DNA of 64,000 bases. Source: Selaginella moellendorffii (lineage: Eukaryota; Plantae; Lycopodiophyta). The stretch is from the NCBI RefSeq assembly GCF_000143415.4, contig NW_003314263.1, positions 285,114 through 349,113 of the forward strand. Direction: 5' to 3'. Below, in pieces: positions 25,011-39,168 of the stretch. Under the pieces are notes generated by a model. The model worked only from the letters and a program-made list of their open reading frames with translations, ran no database searches and had not been told where the DNA came from. Position 1 is the first letter of the stretch, and the number at the start of each line of letters is the position of its first letter. Position numbers and translations under genes: made by a program.

Positions 25011-28000
25011 ACTTGTGTATTTGTTTTTGTTCTGTGTCCGGTTTGGGTTTAAGCCCAAGTTTCATACTATGCTAGTTGGTGGAGTACCCATATTCTTGCG
25101 TTAGACCATTGGTATGTTAAAATAGCGCCGAACTCCATTTGGTTCCGTTTTGCATGCTGGTCTTAGTATTGGGATGTTGGATGATCTAGGACTATTCCAA
25201 GTTGCTCTGTGCTCCTGTCCCTTCACTCTTTGGGCTGTACACTTGGGAGTTGCTCCATGCTTCAATTCCTTTGCTCTTTGGCTCTACGCTTAGAAGTTTA
25301 GCTCCGTTCCTTCATTCAATGGCCCAAGGCCTTGAAGTTTGGGTTCTGCTCTATTATCCTTTGGACATGTGGCATGTGGCATATGGTATATAACACGTGG
25401 CATATAGAGAGTTTAGGTTTTGCTTTGTGGTTATCCTATGGTAAATCACCATAGGATAAAGGGTGAAAACCACATATGCTATAGACTCCTTTTCAGACTC
25501 CATCTTGGGTCCATCTCGGACTCCTTCTCGAACTCCATCTCGGGTCCATTTCAGGTTCATCTTGGACTCCAACTCGGACTCCATCTCGGACTCTTTCTTG
25601 GACTCCATCTCGGACTTGGTCTTGACACTTCCACATGTATGTGTTGGTCCTATTGTGTCCCTTTTCTAGAGGCTTGCATATTGATCACTTTGTGCTCATT
25701 CTTCGAGCACTTTATTAGGAGTTCCACTCTTGCTCTCGACTTTTCGAGTCGAAGCTTTTGATTGAAATGTGTTATGCTTGTTTAGCTTCTATTTGGCCAC
25801 TACCACGTGGCACCCTCTTGGCTCCACTTTGGGGCTTAGGGATTTGTGTCTCACAACTCTACCACCTATAAACGAAGTTCAATGTCCTCATCAAATGATA
25901 ACCATTTCATAAAGTAACCCCATCATAGGTTACCATTTTCCTTAGCACCAAGCTAATATTTATTAATGGTACAACACTAAAGGCTCACTTTGCTTTTTCC
26001 ATCCTTTAAGGAGTATAATCTCTCCAACTTAGAGTCTCATTAGATCACATGTGATGGTTCTCTCCCTTTGTTTGTTTAGTTCTTATTAAACCTGTTAGAG
26101 ATACCTTCTTTATCTCAATCTTACTATTCATTCTAAAGTAGTCTTAGCCTCCATCAACATAATCATCATACTTTAAAACTATAATATTGACTTCTCAAGT
26201 CAATTTCTTCAATGTCTCCAACACCTTGCATTGCACATGTTGTGTAAATTCCACTTCCCCATTCTAGGAAATCCTTTAATTAAGAGCATAATTATCCTCT
26301 CTTTTATTTCATACCACCCTAAACACTAAATTCCATTTATCCATCATTTATATTAGGGCTGCCTATAGCCCTATCATTTGGCTACCTTGCCACTCAATCT
26401 TTTGGAGCTTTCATATTCACAAATTAGAGCATTTGGGAATTCCATCATTAGAAATACATTTTCTTTCCCACAATTCGTTAGCATCCACTAGATGGTGGTT
26501 CTTTACTTAACTTGGCATTTGAATACCCTCCAATAATTTCCAAGGCCCATTCTTGGCCATTAGTTTTTTGCTTCTATCCTTTGATTTTTGCATCAAACAC
26601 TATATAATTACTATTCCATCTTTGAGGTATCCTTTTGGCTTCTTAGCAAAGGTTTTATTTTACCAAATCTAGATGTGTTCACCCTTAGTAAGTTTCTTTA
26701 ACATTTTTTGGTTGTGGGCTTTATCTACAACCCAACTTTGTGACCTACCCATAGGTCCTTCTATAAAGACTATTTTCCTAAACTCATAATACCATTGCAT
26801 TGTCATAGTTCATTTCCCTTAAGTGTCCTTCCCACTTGATCACCTTGACCAAGTTACACCATTGCTAATAGTTCAAATCAACACTTTAAACTAAAAACCT
26901 TATTCCTTAACCTAACAAGAACTTTATTCTTATTTAGCTAAAAGATCACTTAATGATCTCACCTTGACCTCTTAACAGGTTTGCCAATAAATACTAGGTC
27001 TTCCAAACTTTTAAGTTGTTGACCATGACTCTAGGAGCATCCCCCACACTTGGTAGTGCACCCAAGTTAGCCCTTTCGGCAAAAAGTCCATAGCAACTAA
27101 GATTGGGTGTTCTCATCTCATTCACCACATCCTCGATGCTATTTACACTAGAGTGTTCAAGTTAGATATACTGAGTTTTACATTAATCAATCTAACCATA
27201 CATCAGGATGTAATTGACTAAATTTTCTATTCTACTTTAATCACTTAACCACACCTTCGACCACTTGGGGGAGTCTCACTCACAACTTTTGTAAATCCTA
27301 TTTTGGATTTAGAGACTTGCTAGCCCCGAGAATGGCATCTATGCCACTCAACCATTGCACTTGGTCCAAGTGTTTCACGTGTCCAATCCTATGACTGACA
27401 CCCCAAGGTACCATCGACATACTAGCCCATTATGCTAAAGCCATGCCCATTCACCTTGGTCACACCGGTGGTCTAACACCACCTGCATCGCAGTCCCGTC
27501 TCTCAAAGACTAGGCCATCTATCCATGAGTGACCACCTTAGGTCCACTCCTTAGCATCCTTAAGATGCTCGCAGACATAGGGAACAACCTTTCCCAATAT
27601 TTCTTTTACAGTCCCCACCAAATCCCTTTTCTGTCCATGGCCGTGTTCGCCAACTCTACCACTGAGACAAGGCCTATAGGCTCGATCACTAAGTCCCACT
27701 GTCCTCTGGGATTTCCTCACCACATGATTGTATCATTGGTCACTACACCAAAGGACCATTCCTCTTCCTTTCTATAGTTTGGGACTTTGGAACAACATTT
27801 CGGAACACCGTGGCCTTACACGAGCCTCATAGGTACTTGTGAGACACAAAATCCCTAGGCCCCAAAGTGGAGCTGGAAGGGCACCACGTGGTAGTGGCCG
27901 AAGCGAAAACCAAACGAGCGTAACACATTTGGACTAAAAGCTCCAACTTGAAAGGTCGAGAGCGGAAGTGGAACTCCCAACAAAGTGCTCGAGGAATGAG

Positions 28001-28036
28001 CACGAAACGAGCCATAAGCGAGGCTCTAAAAAGGGA

Positions 28037-28415
28037 CCCGAGATGGAGTCCGAGATGGACCCGAGATGGAGTCCGAGATGGACCCGAAGTGGAGTCCGAG
28101 ATGGACCCGAAATGGAGTCCGATATGGAGTCCGAGATGGAGTCCGAGATGGACCCGAGATGGAGTCCGAGATGGAGTCCGAGATGGACCCGAGATGGAGT
28201 CCGAGATGGACCCGAGATGGAGTCCGAGATGGGACCCAAGATGGAGTCCGAGATGGACCTGAGATGGAGTCCGAGATGGACCCGAGATGGACCCGAGATG
28301 GAGTCCGAGATGGAGTCCGAGATGGGACACGAGATGGAGTCCGAGATGGACCCGAGATGGAGTCCGAAGTCGAGACCGAGACCGAGACCGGGACCGAGAC
28401 CGAGACCGAGACCGG

Positions 28416-28447
<32 letters not shown>

Positions 28448-28540
28448 TCGGGACCGAGACCGAGACCGAGGCCGAGGCCGAGGCCGAGTCCGAGTCCGAG
28501 TCCGAGTCCGAGTCCGAGTCCGAGTCCGAGTTCGAGTCTG
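28037..28540 (+). repeat. LTR tandem array (GAGATGGAGTCC / GAGATGGACCC, then GAGNCC hexamers) in S1
   Basis: Directly visible. Confidence 0.95.
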
Positions 28541-29696
28541 AGAGGGTGAAAGCCCAAAGCGTTCGTCTCCCAGACCCTGGGGGGTTTGGTGAGCTCCAAA
28601 AGTATAGTAGGGGGAGGACTGCAGTGGAGCCAGTTTGGCCAGGAAATGCCAGTTTGGCCCAAGAAGGCCAGACCCAGTGTTGGGTGATGAGCTGCTGTAA
28701 GCGACTAAATTTTCCATTCTACTTTAGTCACTTAACCACACCTCTGACCACTTGGAGGAGTCTCATTCACAACCTCCATAAGTCCAATCCAGGACTTGGG
28801 ACTTGCTAGCCCCGAGAATGGCATCCATGCCACTCAACATTTGCACTTGGTCCAAGTGCACCACGTGTCCGATCCCATGACTGACACTCAAAGGTACCAC
28901 CGACATAGCAGCCCATTACGCTAAGGCCATGCCCAATCACCTTTGCCACACTGGTAGTCCAATACCACTTGCATCACTGTCTTGGCTCTCCAAGACTAGG
29001 CAAACCATCCGTGAGTGGTCATCTCAGATCCACTCCTTAGCATCCTTAGGATGCCCACCGACAAGGGGAATAGCCTTCCCCAATATCCCTCTGTCAGTCC
29101 CCACTAAGTCCCTTTCTGCCCCTGGCCGTGTTTGCCAACACTGCCACTGGATCGAGACCCACAGGCCCGACCACTAAGTCCCACGGTCCTCTGGGACTTC
29201 CTCACCACACGACTGTGTCCTTGGTCACTACCCCAGAGGACTGCTCCTCTTCCTTTCCACAGTTTGGGCCTTTGGGACAACATTTCGGAACACCGTGGCC
29301 TTACGCGAGCCACCTGGGTACTCTCCTCGCCTTCTGCCCTTGGGTGCTCTAGCCATGGGCTTAGAGCGGGTTCCGTTGAGCCACACCAGGTATCCAAGTA
29401 GGTAGTGCCACCCACACTTGGATTGGGAGCATCGGCCAGTCGATCTCCCGGGGGAACTAGAGCCGGCTCTTGAACACTTCACCAAACTACCCCACTTGTC
29501 GGTCTGTGTTCACTCTAGTCTTGGACTTCCCAGTGGGCAGCTCATCACCCAACACTGGGTCCGGCCTTCCTGGGCCAAACTGGCCTTTCCTGGCCAAACT
29601 GGCTCCACTGCAGTCCTCCCCCTACTATACTTTTGGAGCTCACCAAACCCCCCAGGGTCTGGGAGACGAACGCTTTGGGCTTTCACCCTCTCAGGC

Positions 29697-30149
29697 TCCG
29701 GACTCGGACTCGGACTCGGACTCGGACTCGGACTCGGGCTCGGGCTCGGTCTCGGCCTCGGCCTCGGTCTCGGTCTCGGTCCCGATCTCGGTCTCGGTCT
29801 CGGTCTCGGTCCCAGTCTCGGTCTCGACTTCGGACTCCATCTCGGACTCCATCTCGGACTCCATCTTGGACTCCATCTCGGGTCCATCTCGGGTCCATCT
29901 CGGACTCCATCTCGGACTCCATCTCGGACTCCATCTCGGGTCCATCTCGGACTCCATCTCGGACTCCATTTCGGGTCCATCTCGGGTCCACCTCGGACTC
30001 CATCTCAGACTCCATCTCGGACTCCAACTCGGGTCCATCTCGGACTCCACTTCGGACTCCAACTCGGGTCCATCTCGGACTCCACTTCGGACTCCAACTC
30101 GGGTCCATCTCGGACTCCACTTCGGACTCCAACTCGAGTCCATCTCGGA
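29697..30149 (-). repeat. LTR tandem array in the E1 3' LTR
   Basis: Directly visible. Confidence 0.95.
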
Positions 30150-33100
30150 CACTCCCACGTGTCATGTGTTGGTCCTTTTGGGTCCCTTTTTGGAGCCTCG
30201 CCTTTTGCTCGCTTCGTGCTCGTTCCTCGAGCACTTCGTTGGGAGTTCCACTCCCGCTCTTGACTTTTCAAGTCGGAGCTTTTGGTCCAAACGTGTTACG
30301 CTCGTTTGGCTCTCGCTTCGGCCACTACCATGTGGCGCCCTTCCGGCTCCACTTTGGGGCCTAGGGATTTTGTGTCTCACAACTCCACCACCCATAGACG
30401 AAGTTCGATGTCCTCATCGAACGGTGAACCATTTTATAAAGTAACACCCGCATGTGTTACCATTTCCATCCTTGGCGCGTAGCCAATATTTGTCAATGGT
30501 GTGACATTGAAGGCTCACCATGCCTTCTCCATATTCGTCTTTGGTTGGACATTGAAGGCTCACCATGCCTTTTGCATATCCTCTAAGGAGGGTAGTCTCT
30601 CCAACTTAGAGACTGATTGGACCACATATAGTGGTTCTCTCCTTTTATTGGTTTAGTTCTCGCTAAACCTCTTAGAGACCCTTCTCTAAGTCAATCCCAC
30701 TACTCCTTCTCGAGTAGTCTCAATTTCCATCGATATAACCTTTGCACTTTGGAACTTTGAATTTTGACTTCTTGGAGTCAATTTCCTAGGTGTCTCCGAC
30801 ACCTTGCCTTGCACCTTTTGTGCAACTCCACTTCCCATCCTAGGAAGTTCTCTACTCGAGGGCACCATCATCCTCTCTTCTATTTCGTGCCAAAGTTCCA
30901 GTTATCATACTTTGTGCTAGGGCTGTTCATGGCCCTATCATTTGGCTACCTTACCGCTCCCTCCCTTGGAGCTTCCACTTTCGCCAAATCGGAACATTTC
31001 GGAATCCCTCATTGGAAACACACTTCCTTTCCCGCAACTTGTTAGCGTCCAACACATTAGTGTTCCTTGCCTAACTTTGTCACTTGGATTCCTTCCAAGG
31101 GATTCCACGGCCCTATCCTGGCCACTCATCTTTTGCTCCTATCCGTTGATTGTTTCACCAAGCAACATCGAATCTCTACCTCCCTTCTTGAGGTATTCTT
31201 TTGATTCCATATCAAAGGCTTTGCTTTGCCAAGACTAGGGTGTTCACCCCTAGTAAGTCTCTTTTAGCATCTTCTGCTGTGGGCTTTATCCTCAGCCCAA
31301 CTTTGTGACCCTCTCATGGGTCTCTTTAGAGACTACTTTCCTCGGACTCACTATGCCATCGCACGGACATAGTTTACTTCCCTTAGGTGCTTTTCCCACT
31401 TGGTCATCACGACCAAGCCACACCACCTTAAACAGTTCAATTTCAACATTTTGAACCAGGAACTTCATTCCTTAGCCAACCAAGGACCTTGTCCTTATCT
31501 GGCCATAAGATCACCTGGTAATCTCACCTTGGCACCTTAACAGAGTTGCCAAGAGGTACTTGGTCTTCTAGACCTCCAAGTTGTTGACTATAACCCCGGG
31601 AGCATCCCCCACACTTGGCGGTGCACCCAAGCTAGCCCTTACGGCCAAGGGTTCATAGCAACTGAGATTAGGTGTCCCCATCTCACTCACCACGACCTTG
31701 GTGCCACTTGCACCAAAGTGTTCAAGTTAGATATGCCGAGCTTTCACACTAAGCAATCTAACCGTGCATCACGACTCCGAGGCATCCCTCACTTGGCGGT
31801 GTGCCCAAACCAGTCTCCCCATTGAGAGTCCATGACCACCGAAATATGAGTGTCCTCATATTCCAAACCATCACCACGCCCTAGTGATTTGGGACTCGAA
31901 CCCAAGCACTAGAGGGTCGGGACTCGAACCCAACCTCCGTATATGCATCTATGGATGGCATCACACAAGATGCCTGGCGTGACTCCCCACGCCGGTGCAC
32001 CAACTTATTTTTAAAGCGCGCTACAGATCACAACTTAGGAACCTAGTTCCTCCACACTGCCAAGTCCTCTCACTTGACATGTCTGTGATCATGCATGGAC
32101 TCCTCCATGCTCGGCCCCATGGCCCACCCTTTTTGAAGTTATCACCTTCAACTAGGGTATTTGTTCCCCCGACGTGCCAATCTCGCTTGGCAAGTCCTCC
32201 GACCACTGTAACATGGTTCCTGCATAAGCGTGAAAGTCCTTGACCATCGACTTTCGTTCAAAGCCCTTTCTTTGAACACTCGGGAACTACTTCCCTAACC
32301 TTGATAGCCTTGCCTCCTGGCAAGCTTCAAGACCACGCTTCTGCTGCGCCACTCTGATTTCGCGCGTTCCATGAACCATTTACACTTGGCCTTTCTAGGT
32401 ACTAAGCTACCTAGAATCGTCTTTGGGAACCTTGAAGGAACTCTGTCCCTCAGCTTGCTAAGGCCTCCCTTTTTGCAAGCCTTCCAAATGCCACATAGTC
32501 TAACATGGACAATTCCATATTTTAGACTTTCCATGGCATCACGGTTGCTAGCGGCAACACCCTCGAGCCCCCACTTGATTCTCCACTCCCAGCTGGCATA
32601 ACCAACCTTGGTTATGCCCTTTGATTCCTACGGTTCGGTTCTATCCCCTTACTTCTTGCTTTTTGGCTTCACACCTTTCCTTTGGTCATTCTCCTCCAGA
32701 CCAAGAGGATAGCTTTGCACTTTCTATCATGCTTTAGCAAGTATTCTTAGGGATGAACCTACCCAATAGTCTAGGGAGTGGTTCCTCAATCCGGGTATGC
32801 TCACCTTATAATCCCACACACTGGGATTACATTGTTGCTTATGGGCCTTTACATGCCCATCACTAGCCTTGCCAAAATTCCATTTTTGGCTTTGTCCAAC
32901 TTGGGTAGACAGTCCTTTCCTGTCTCCGCAACCTTGGACATTTGGATAGCACCTTCTATCCATCATTCGCTAGGGACTTAGTCCCTTGGGCTTTATCCAT
33001 TGCCCTCGCGACATCAAACACCACCTTCTGGTGTTCTAGAGTGTTTGGGTGTCCCAATGATGGCTTTCTTGACAATGAGTATTTCCTTTTATGACATTGA

Positions 33101-35464
33101 CTTACTATATCGCAACACAAGCAACTTATCCCCCGTAAGGGTACCTATGCTATTAAGAAGTCTTGGGTAGCTACCTTCTACCCGTTTAACCAGTTATTTT
33201 GCATCTCTTGCTTAGTTGCCTCATAGTTGTCAAGTCCTACAACTCATTGCTTGGTGCTTTCACACCTCCATCATTATCTGGGTCACCACACTCCAACTGC
33301 ATGCTCTGCAGCTTAGGCTATGCTATTCCCATTTCCATTGGGATTCCTTTGGCAAGGGGTTCTCATGAACCCACCAACATAGCCTCAAAGTATCACACCT
33401 TGGCACATTTGGTGTCTCCACACCATCGGCTCCACGAGCCTACCTCTATGACATTTCCCCTTCGTGTCTAAGTCTTTGCCAAGACCAACACCGCTCTTTC
33501 TCATGCCAACCATCCGTTAGCACTGCACTATAGAGGTCACACACAACTTTATGTCAAAGTTGTTTTCTTCTGGGAACACCTTTCCCATAACTTTAGCATG
33601 GCACATTTTGCCATCGATGAGATACCCTCTGTTCTCATCCTTGGATCCTATGATCCCCCCCCATCCTTTGTGGGGTACAACACACCTCAGTCTAAATGCT
33701 TCCATCAGTCCTTTTAGGACCATCCGTTGACTCTACTTGAGTCATCCAGCAGTTTTGGACTTGGTTAATCCATAGACCCGTAAGGTCCTACTTGTGAGGC
33801 ACTAGCTCACTGGAATACACTTCTTGCATTCCTGTCCTACTCAAAAGGACTATTTTCACAAGTGTTACTCCGACACTTGATTTTGTTCTCTGGGGGCAAC
33901 CTTTGCCCCTTAGGACTACTTGTCCATGTGATGAGAACACCAACTCATCCACTTAATACACCCCCAACTCCTTGGGTTGTTCCAGCATTTATTAGAGGTA
34001 GCCCCGGCTACCTTTTCAAGGACTTGAGTCCTCTTCCGTATTTGACCTCCCACGGTCATTACTTCTGGTCTCACATTCATGAGCACCAACCTCAACTATA
34101 TGAGGAAAATCTTGTGACTCCTTTATTGCTTTGGAGTCTTTATCTTTCCTGTGATCCCAACTGTAATTGTTTACCACAACTACATTAGCCAGTTTGCTAA
34201 GTCAAACGCTCATCTGGATCACATCCTCAACTCTTTGAGGAAAACCATATACTGTTCCCAAGATCCCAAAGTCGTTCCATTATTGGCCCTTTTCTATCCA
34301 CCACCTTGTCTACAAGTTCACACATGAACTGTAATGGAGAGCCATATCTTCCCGACCTGCTACTCCTCAAGGATAGGCCCACTTCTCGGACCTTCCGTTG
34401 CCAACACCAGTGGTGATATACTTGAGCACCAATAAAAGTCGGACTAAGGAACAGCTCCGATACCAAATTGTAAGCGACTAAATTTTCCATTCTACTTTAG
34501 TCACTTAACCACACCTCTGACCACTTGGAGGAGTCTCATTCACAACCTCCATAAGTCCAATCCAGGACTTGGGACTTGCTAGCCCCGAGAATCCATGCCA
34601 CTCAACATTTGCACTTGGTCCAAGTGCACCACGTGTCCGATCCCATGACCGACACTCAAAGGTACCACCGACATAGCAGCCCGTTACGCTAAGGCCATGC
34701 CCAATCACCTTTGCCACACTGGTAGTCCAATACCACTTGCATCACCATCTTGGCTCTCCAAGACTAGGCAAACCATCCGTGAGTGGTCATCTCAGATCCA
34801 CTCCTTAGCATCCTTAGGATGCCCACCGACAAGGGGAATAGCCTTCCCCAATATCCCTCTGTCAGTCCCCACTAAGTCCCTTTCTGCCCCTGGCCGTGTT
34901 TGCCAACACTGCCACTGGATCGAGACCCACAGGCCCGACCACTAAGTCCCACAGTCCTCTGGGACTTCCTCACCACACGACTGTGTCCTTGGTCACTACC
35001 CCAGAGGACTGCTCCTCTTCCTTTCCACAGTCTGGGCCTTTGGGACAACATTTCGGAACACCGTGGCCTTACGCGAGCCACCTGGGTACTCTCCTCGCCT
35101 TCTGCCCTTGGGTGCTCTAGCCATGGGCTTAGAGCGGGTTCCGTTGAGCCACACCAGGTATCCAAGTAGGTAGTGCCACCCACACTTGGACTGGGAGCAT
35201 CGGCCAGTCGATCTCCCGGGGGAACTAGAGCCGGCTCTTGAACACTTCACCAAGCTACCCCGCTTGTCGGTCTGTGTTCACTCTAGTCTTGGACTTCCCA
35301 GTGGGCAGCTCATCACCCAACACTGGGTCCGGCCTTCCTGGGCCAAACTGGCCTTTCCTGGCCAAACTGGCTCCACTGCAGTCCTCCCCCTACTATACTT
35401 TTGGAGCTCACCAAACCCCCCAGGGTCTGGAAGACGAACGCTTTGGGCTTTCACCCTCTCAGGC

Positions 35465-36062
35465 TCCGGACTCGGACTCGGACTCGGACTCGGATTCGGA
35501 CTCGGACTCGGGCTCGGGCTCGGTCTCGGCCTCGGCCTCGGCCTTGGTCTCGGTCCCGATCTCGGTCTCGGTCTCGGTCTCAGTCCCGGTCTCGGTCTCG
35601 ACTTCGGACTCCATCTCGGACTCCATCTTGGACTCCATCTCGGACTCCATCTCGGGTCCATCTCGGGTCCATCTCGGGTCCATCTCGGACTCCATCTCGG
35701 ACTCCATCTCGGACTCCATTTCGGGTCCATCTCGGGTCCACCTCGGACTCCATCTCGGACTCCATCTCGGACTCCATCTCGGGTCCATCTCGGACTCCAC
35801 TTCGGACTCCAACTCGGGTCCATCTCGGGTCCACCTCGGACTCCACTTCGGACTCCATCTCGGACTCCATCTCGGGTCCGTCTCGGACTCCACTTCGGAC
35901 TCCAACTCGGGTCCATCTCGGACTCCACTTCGGACTCCAACTCGGGTCCATCTCGGACTCCACTTTGGACTCCAACTCGGGTCCATCTCGGACTCCACTT
36001 CGGACTCCAACTCGGGTCCATCTCGGACTCCACTTCGGACTCCAACTCGAGTCCATCTCGGA
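35465..36062 (-). repeat. LTR tandem array in the E1 5' LTR
   Basis: Directly visible. Confidence 0.95.
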
Positions 36063-37507
36063 CACTCCCACGTGTCATGTGTTGGTCCTTTTGGGTCCTT
36101 TTTTGGAGCCTCGCCTTTTGCTCGCTTCGTGCTCGTTCCTCGAGCACTTCGTTGGGAGTTCCACTCCCGCTCTTGACTTTTCAAGTCGGAGCTTTTGGTC
36201 CAAACGTGTTACGCTCGTTTGGCTCTCGCTTCGGCCACTACTATGTGGCGCCCTTCCGGCTCCACTTTGGGGCCTAGGGATTTTGTGTCTCACAGCTACC
36301 CACTGTGAAGTCCAAGGCTAGAGGGAACACGGACCGACAAGTGGGGTAGCTTGGTGAAGTGTTCAAGAGCCGGCTCTAGTTCCCCCCGGAGATCGACTGG
36401 CCGATGCTCCCAGTCCAAGTGTGGGTGGCACTACATACTTGGATACCAGGCGTGGCTCAATGGAACCTCGCTCTAAGCCATGGCTAGAGCACCCAAGGGC
36501 GGGGAGAGTACCCAGGTGGCTCGCGTAAGGCCACGGTGTTCCGAAATGTGTCCCAAAGGCCCAGACTGTGGAAAGGAAGAGGAATAGTCCTCTGGGGTAG
36601 TGACCAAGGACACAGTCGTGTGGTGAGGAAGTCCCAGAGGACCATGGGACTTAGTGGTCAAGCCTATGGGCCTCGATCCAGTGGCAGTGTTGGCGAACAC
36701 GGCCATGGACGAAAAGGGACTTAGTGGGGACTGGAACGGAGATATTGAGGAAGGCTAATCCCCATGTTGGTGGGCATCCTAAGGATGCTAAGGAGTAGAT
36801 CTGGGATGATCACTCATAGACGGATGGCCCAGTCTTTGAGAGACGGGACTATGATGCAGGTGGCATTAGACCACCGGTGTGACCAAGGTGAATGGGCATG
36901 GCCTTAGCGTAACAGGCCGATATGTCGGGGGTACCTTGGGGTGTCGGTCATGGGATCGGACACGTGGAGCACTTGGACTAAATGCAATTGTGGAGTGGCA
37001 TGGATGCCATTCTCGGGGCTAGCAAGCCCCAAGCCCTAACTGGGACTTATGGAGGTTGTGAATGAGACTCCTCCAAGTGGTCGGAGGTGCGGTTAAGTGA
37101 CTAGAGTAAAATAGAAAAATTAGTCGCTTACAGTACTCTCCCTACCTTCTGCCTTTGGGTGCTCTAGCTATGGGCTTAGAGCGAAGTTCCATTGAGCCAC
37201 GCCAGGTATCCAAGTAGGTAGTGCCACCAACACTTGAACTGGGAGCATCGGCCATTCGATCTCTCGAGGGAACTAGAGTCGACTCTTGAACACTTCACTA
37301 AGCTACCTTGCTTATCAGTCTGTATTCACTCTAGCCTTGGACTTCTCAGTGGTTATCCCATAACCCAACACCTAGGTACAACCTTCCTGGGCCAAATTGG
37401 CCTTTCCTAGCCAAATTGGCTCCACTAGAGCCTTCCCCCTACTATACTTTTGGAGCTCACCAAACCCCCTAGGGTCTGGGAGATGAACACTTTGGGCTTT
37501 CACCCTC

Positions 37508-37858
37508 GGATTCAAACTCGGACTCGGACTCAGACTCGAACTCGAACTCGGTCTCGGTCTCGGTCTCGGTCTCAGTCTCGACCTCGGACTCCATCTCGAG
37601 TCCTTCTCGGTCTCCATTTCAGATTCCATCTCGGGTCCATCTCGGACTCCATCTCGGTCCATCTCAGGCTCCATCTCAAGTCCATCTCGAACTCCATCTT
37701 GGGTCCATCTCGAGTCCATCTCGGACTCCATCTCGGACTCCATCTCAGACTCCATCTCGAACTTTATCTTGGGTTCCATCTCAGATTCCATCTCAGGTCC
37801 ATCTTGGACTCCATTTTGAACTCCATCTCAGACTCCATCTCAGGTCCATCTCGGACTC
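37508..37858 (-). repeat. Decayed LTR tandem array in S2
   Basis: Same units with many C>T/G>A changes. Confidence 0.85.
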
Positions 37859-38561
37859 CTCCACGTGTCATGTGTTGGTCCTCTTGTGTCCCTTTTTTAG
37901 AGACTCACTTATTGCTCATTTCGTGCTTGTTCCTCGAGCACTTCGTTAAGAGTTCCACTCCTGCTCTTGACCTTTCAAGTCGTAGTTTTTAGTCCAAATG
38001 TGTTACCCTTGTTTAGCTTTCGCTTCAGCCATTACCACGTGGCACCCTTTCGGCTCCATTTTGGGGATTAGGGATTTGTGTCTCACACAGGACTCTGGGG
38101 CATCCCCCACTTGGTGGTGTGCCCAAGCCAGCCTTCTTATTGAGAGTCCATGACCATCGAAAAATAAATGTCTTCATATTCTAAACCATCACCATACCCT
38201 AACCTCCGCATATGCATCTACAAACAGTATTATCTAGGATGCCTGGCATGACTCACCATGCCAGTGTACCAACTTATACCAAAAATGTGTTATGGATCAC
38301 AATTTAAGAATTTAGTTCTTCCAAGCTTCTGTGAGACACAAAATCCCTAGGCCCCAAAGTGGAGCTGGAAGGGCGCCACGTGGTAGTGGCCGAGGCGAAA
38401 GCCAAACGAGCGTAACACATTTGGACTAAAAGCTCCGACTTGAAAGGTCGAGAGCGGGAGTGGAACTCCCAACAAAGTGCTCGAGGAACGAGCACGAAGC
38501 GAGCAATAAGCGAGGCTCCAAAAAGGGACCCAAAGGGACCAACACATGACACGTGGAAGTG

Positions 38562-39030
38562 TCCGAGATGGACCCGAGATGGAGTCCGAGGTGGAGTCCG
38601 AGGTGGACCCGAGATGGACCCGATATGGAGTCCGAGATGGAGTCCGAGATGGAGTCCGAGATGGGACCCGAGATGGAGTCCGAGATGGGACCCGAGATGG
38701 AGTCCGAGATGGACCCGAGATGGAGTCCAAGATGGAGTCTGAGGTGGAGTCCGAGGTGGAGTCCGAGATGGAGTCCGAGATGGAGTCCGAGATGGACCCG
38801 AGATGGAGTCCGAGATGGAGTCCGAGATGGAGTCCGAGGTGGACCCGAGATGGAGTCCGAGATGGAGTCCGAGATGGACCCGAAATGGAGTCCGAGATGG
38901 ACCCGAGATGGAGTCTGAGATGGACCCGAAATGGAGTTCGAGATGGACCCGAGATGGAGTCTGAGATGGAGTCCGAGATGGAGTCCGAGATGGAGTCCGA
39001 GATGGAGTCCGAAGTCGAGACCGAGACCGG

Positions 39031-39073
<43 letters not shown>

Positions 39074-39168
39074 GCCGAGGCCGAGACCGAGCCCGAGCCC
39101 GAGCCCGAGTCCGAGCCCGAATCCGAGTCCGAGTCCGAGTCCGAGTCCGAGTCCGAGTCCGAGTCCGG
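38562..39168 (+). repeat. LTR tandem array in the E2 5' LTR
   Basis: Directly visible. Confidence 0.95.

Larger units (their letters stand above)
28696..36294 (-). mobile_element. Full-length non-autonomous LTR retrotransposon E1 inserted in S1
   Basis: 5' LTR 34469-36294 (1826 bp), 3' LTR 28696-30381 (1686 bp). PBS TGGTATCGGAGC (34454-34465, minus), PPT GGGTGGTGGAGT, TSD GCTGC/GCTAC. No long internal ORF. Confidence 0.93.
27838..37132 (+). mobile_element. Solo LTR S1 (27838-28695 + 36300-37132) inserted in S2
   Basis: TGTGAGACAC...GTCGCTTACA and a perfect TSD GTACT (27833-27837 / 37133-37137). Confidence 0.92.
27209..38087 (-). mobile_element. Solo LTR S2 (27209-27837 + 37138-38087) inserted in H
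   Basis: TG...CA ends and a perfect TSD CAGGA (27204-27208 / 38088-38092). Confidence 0.9.
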
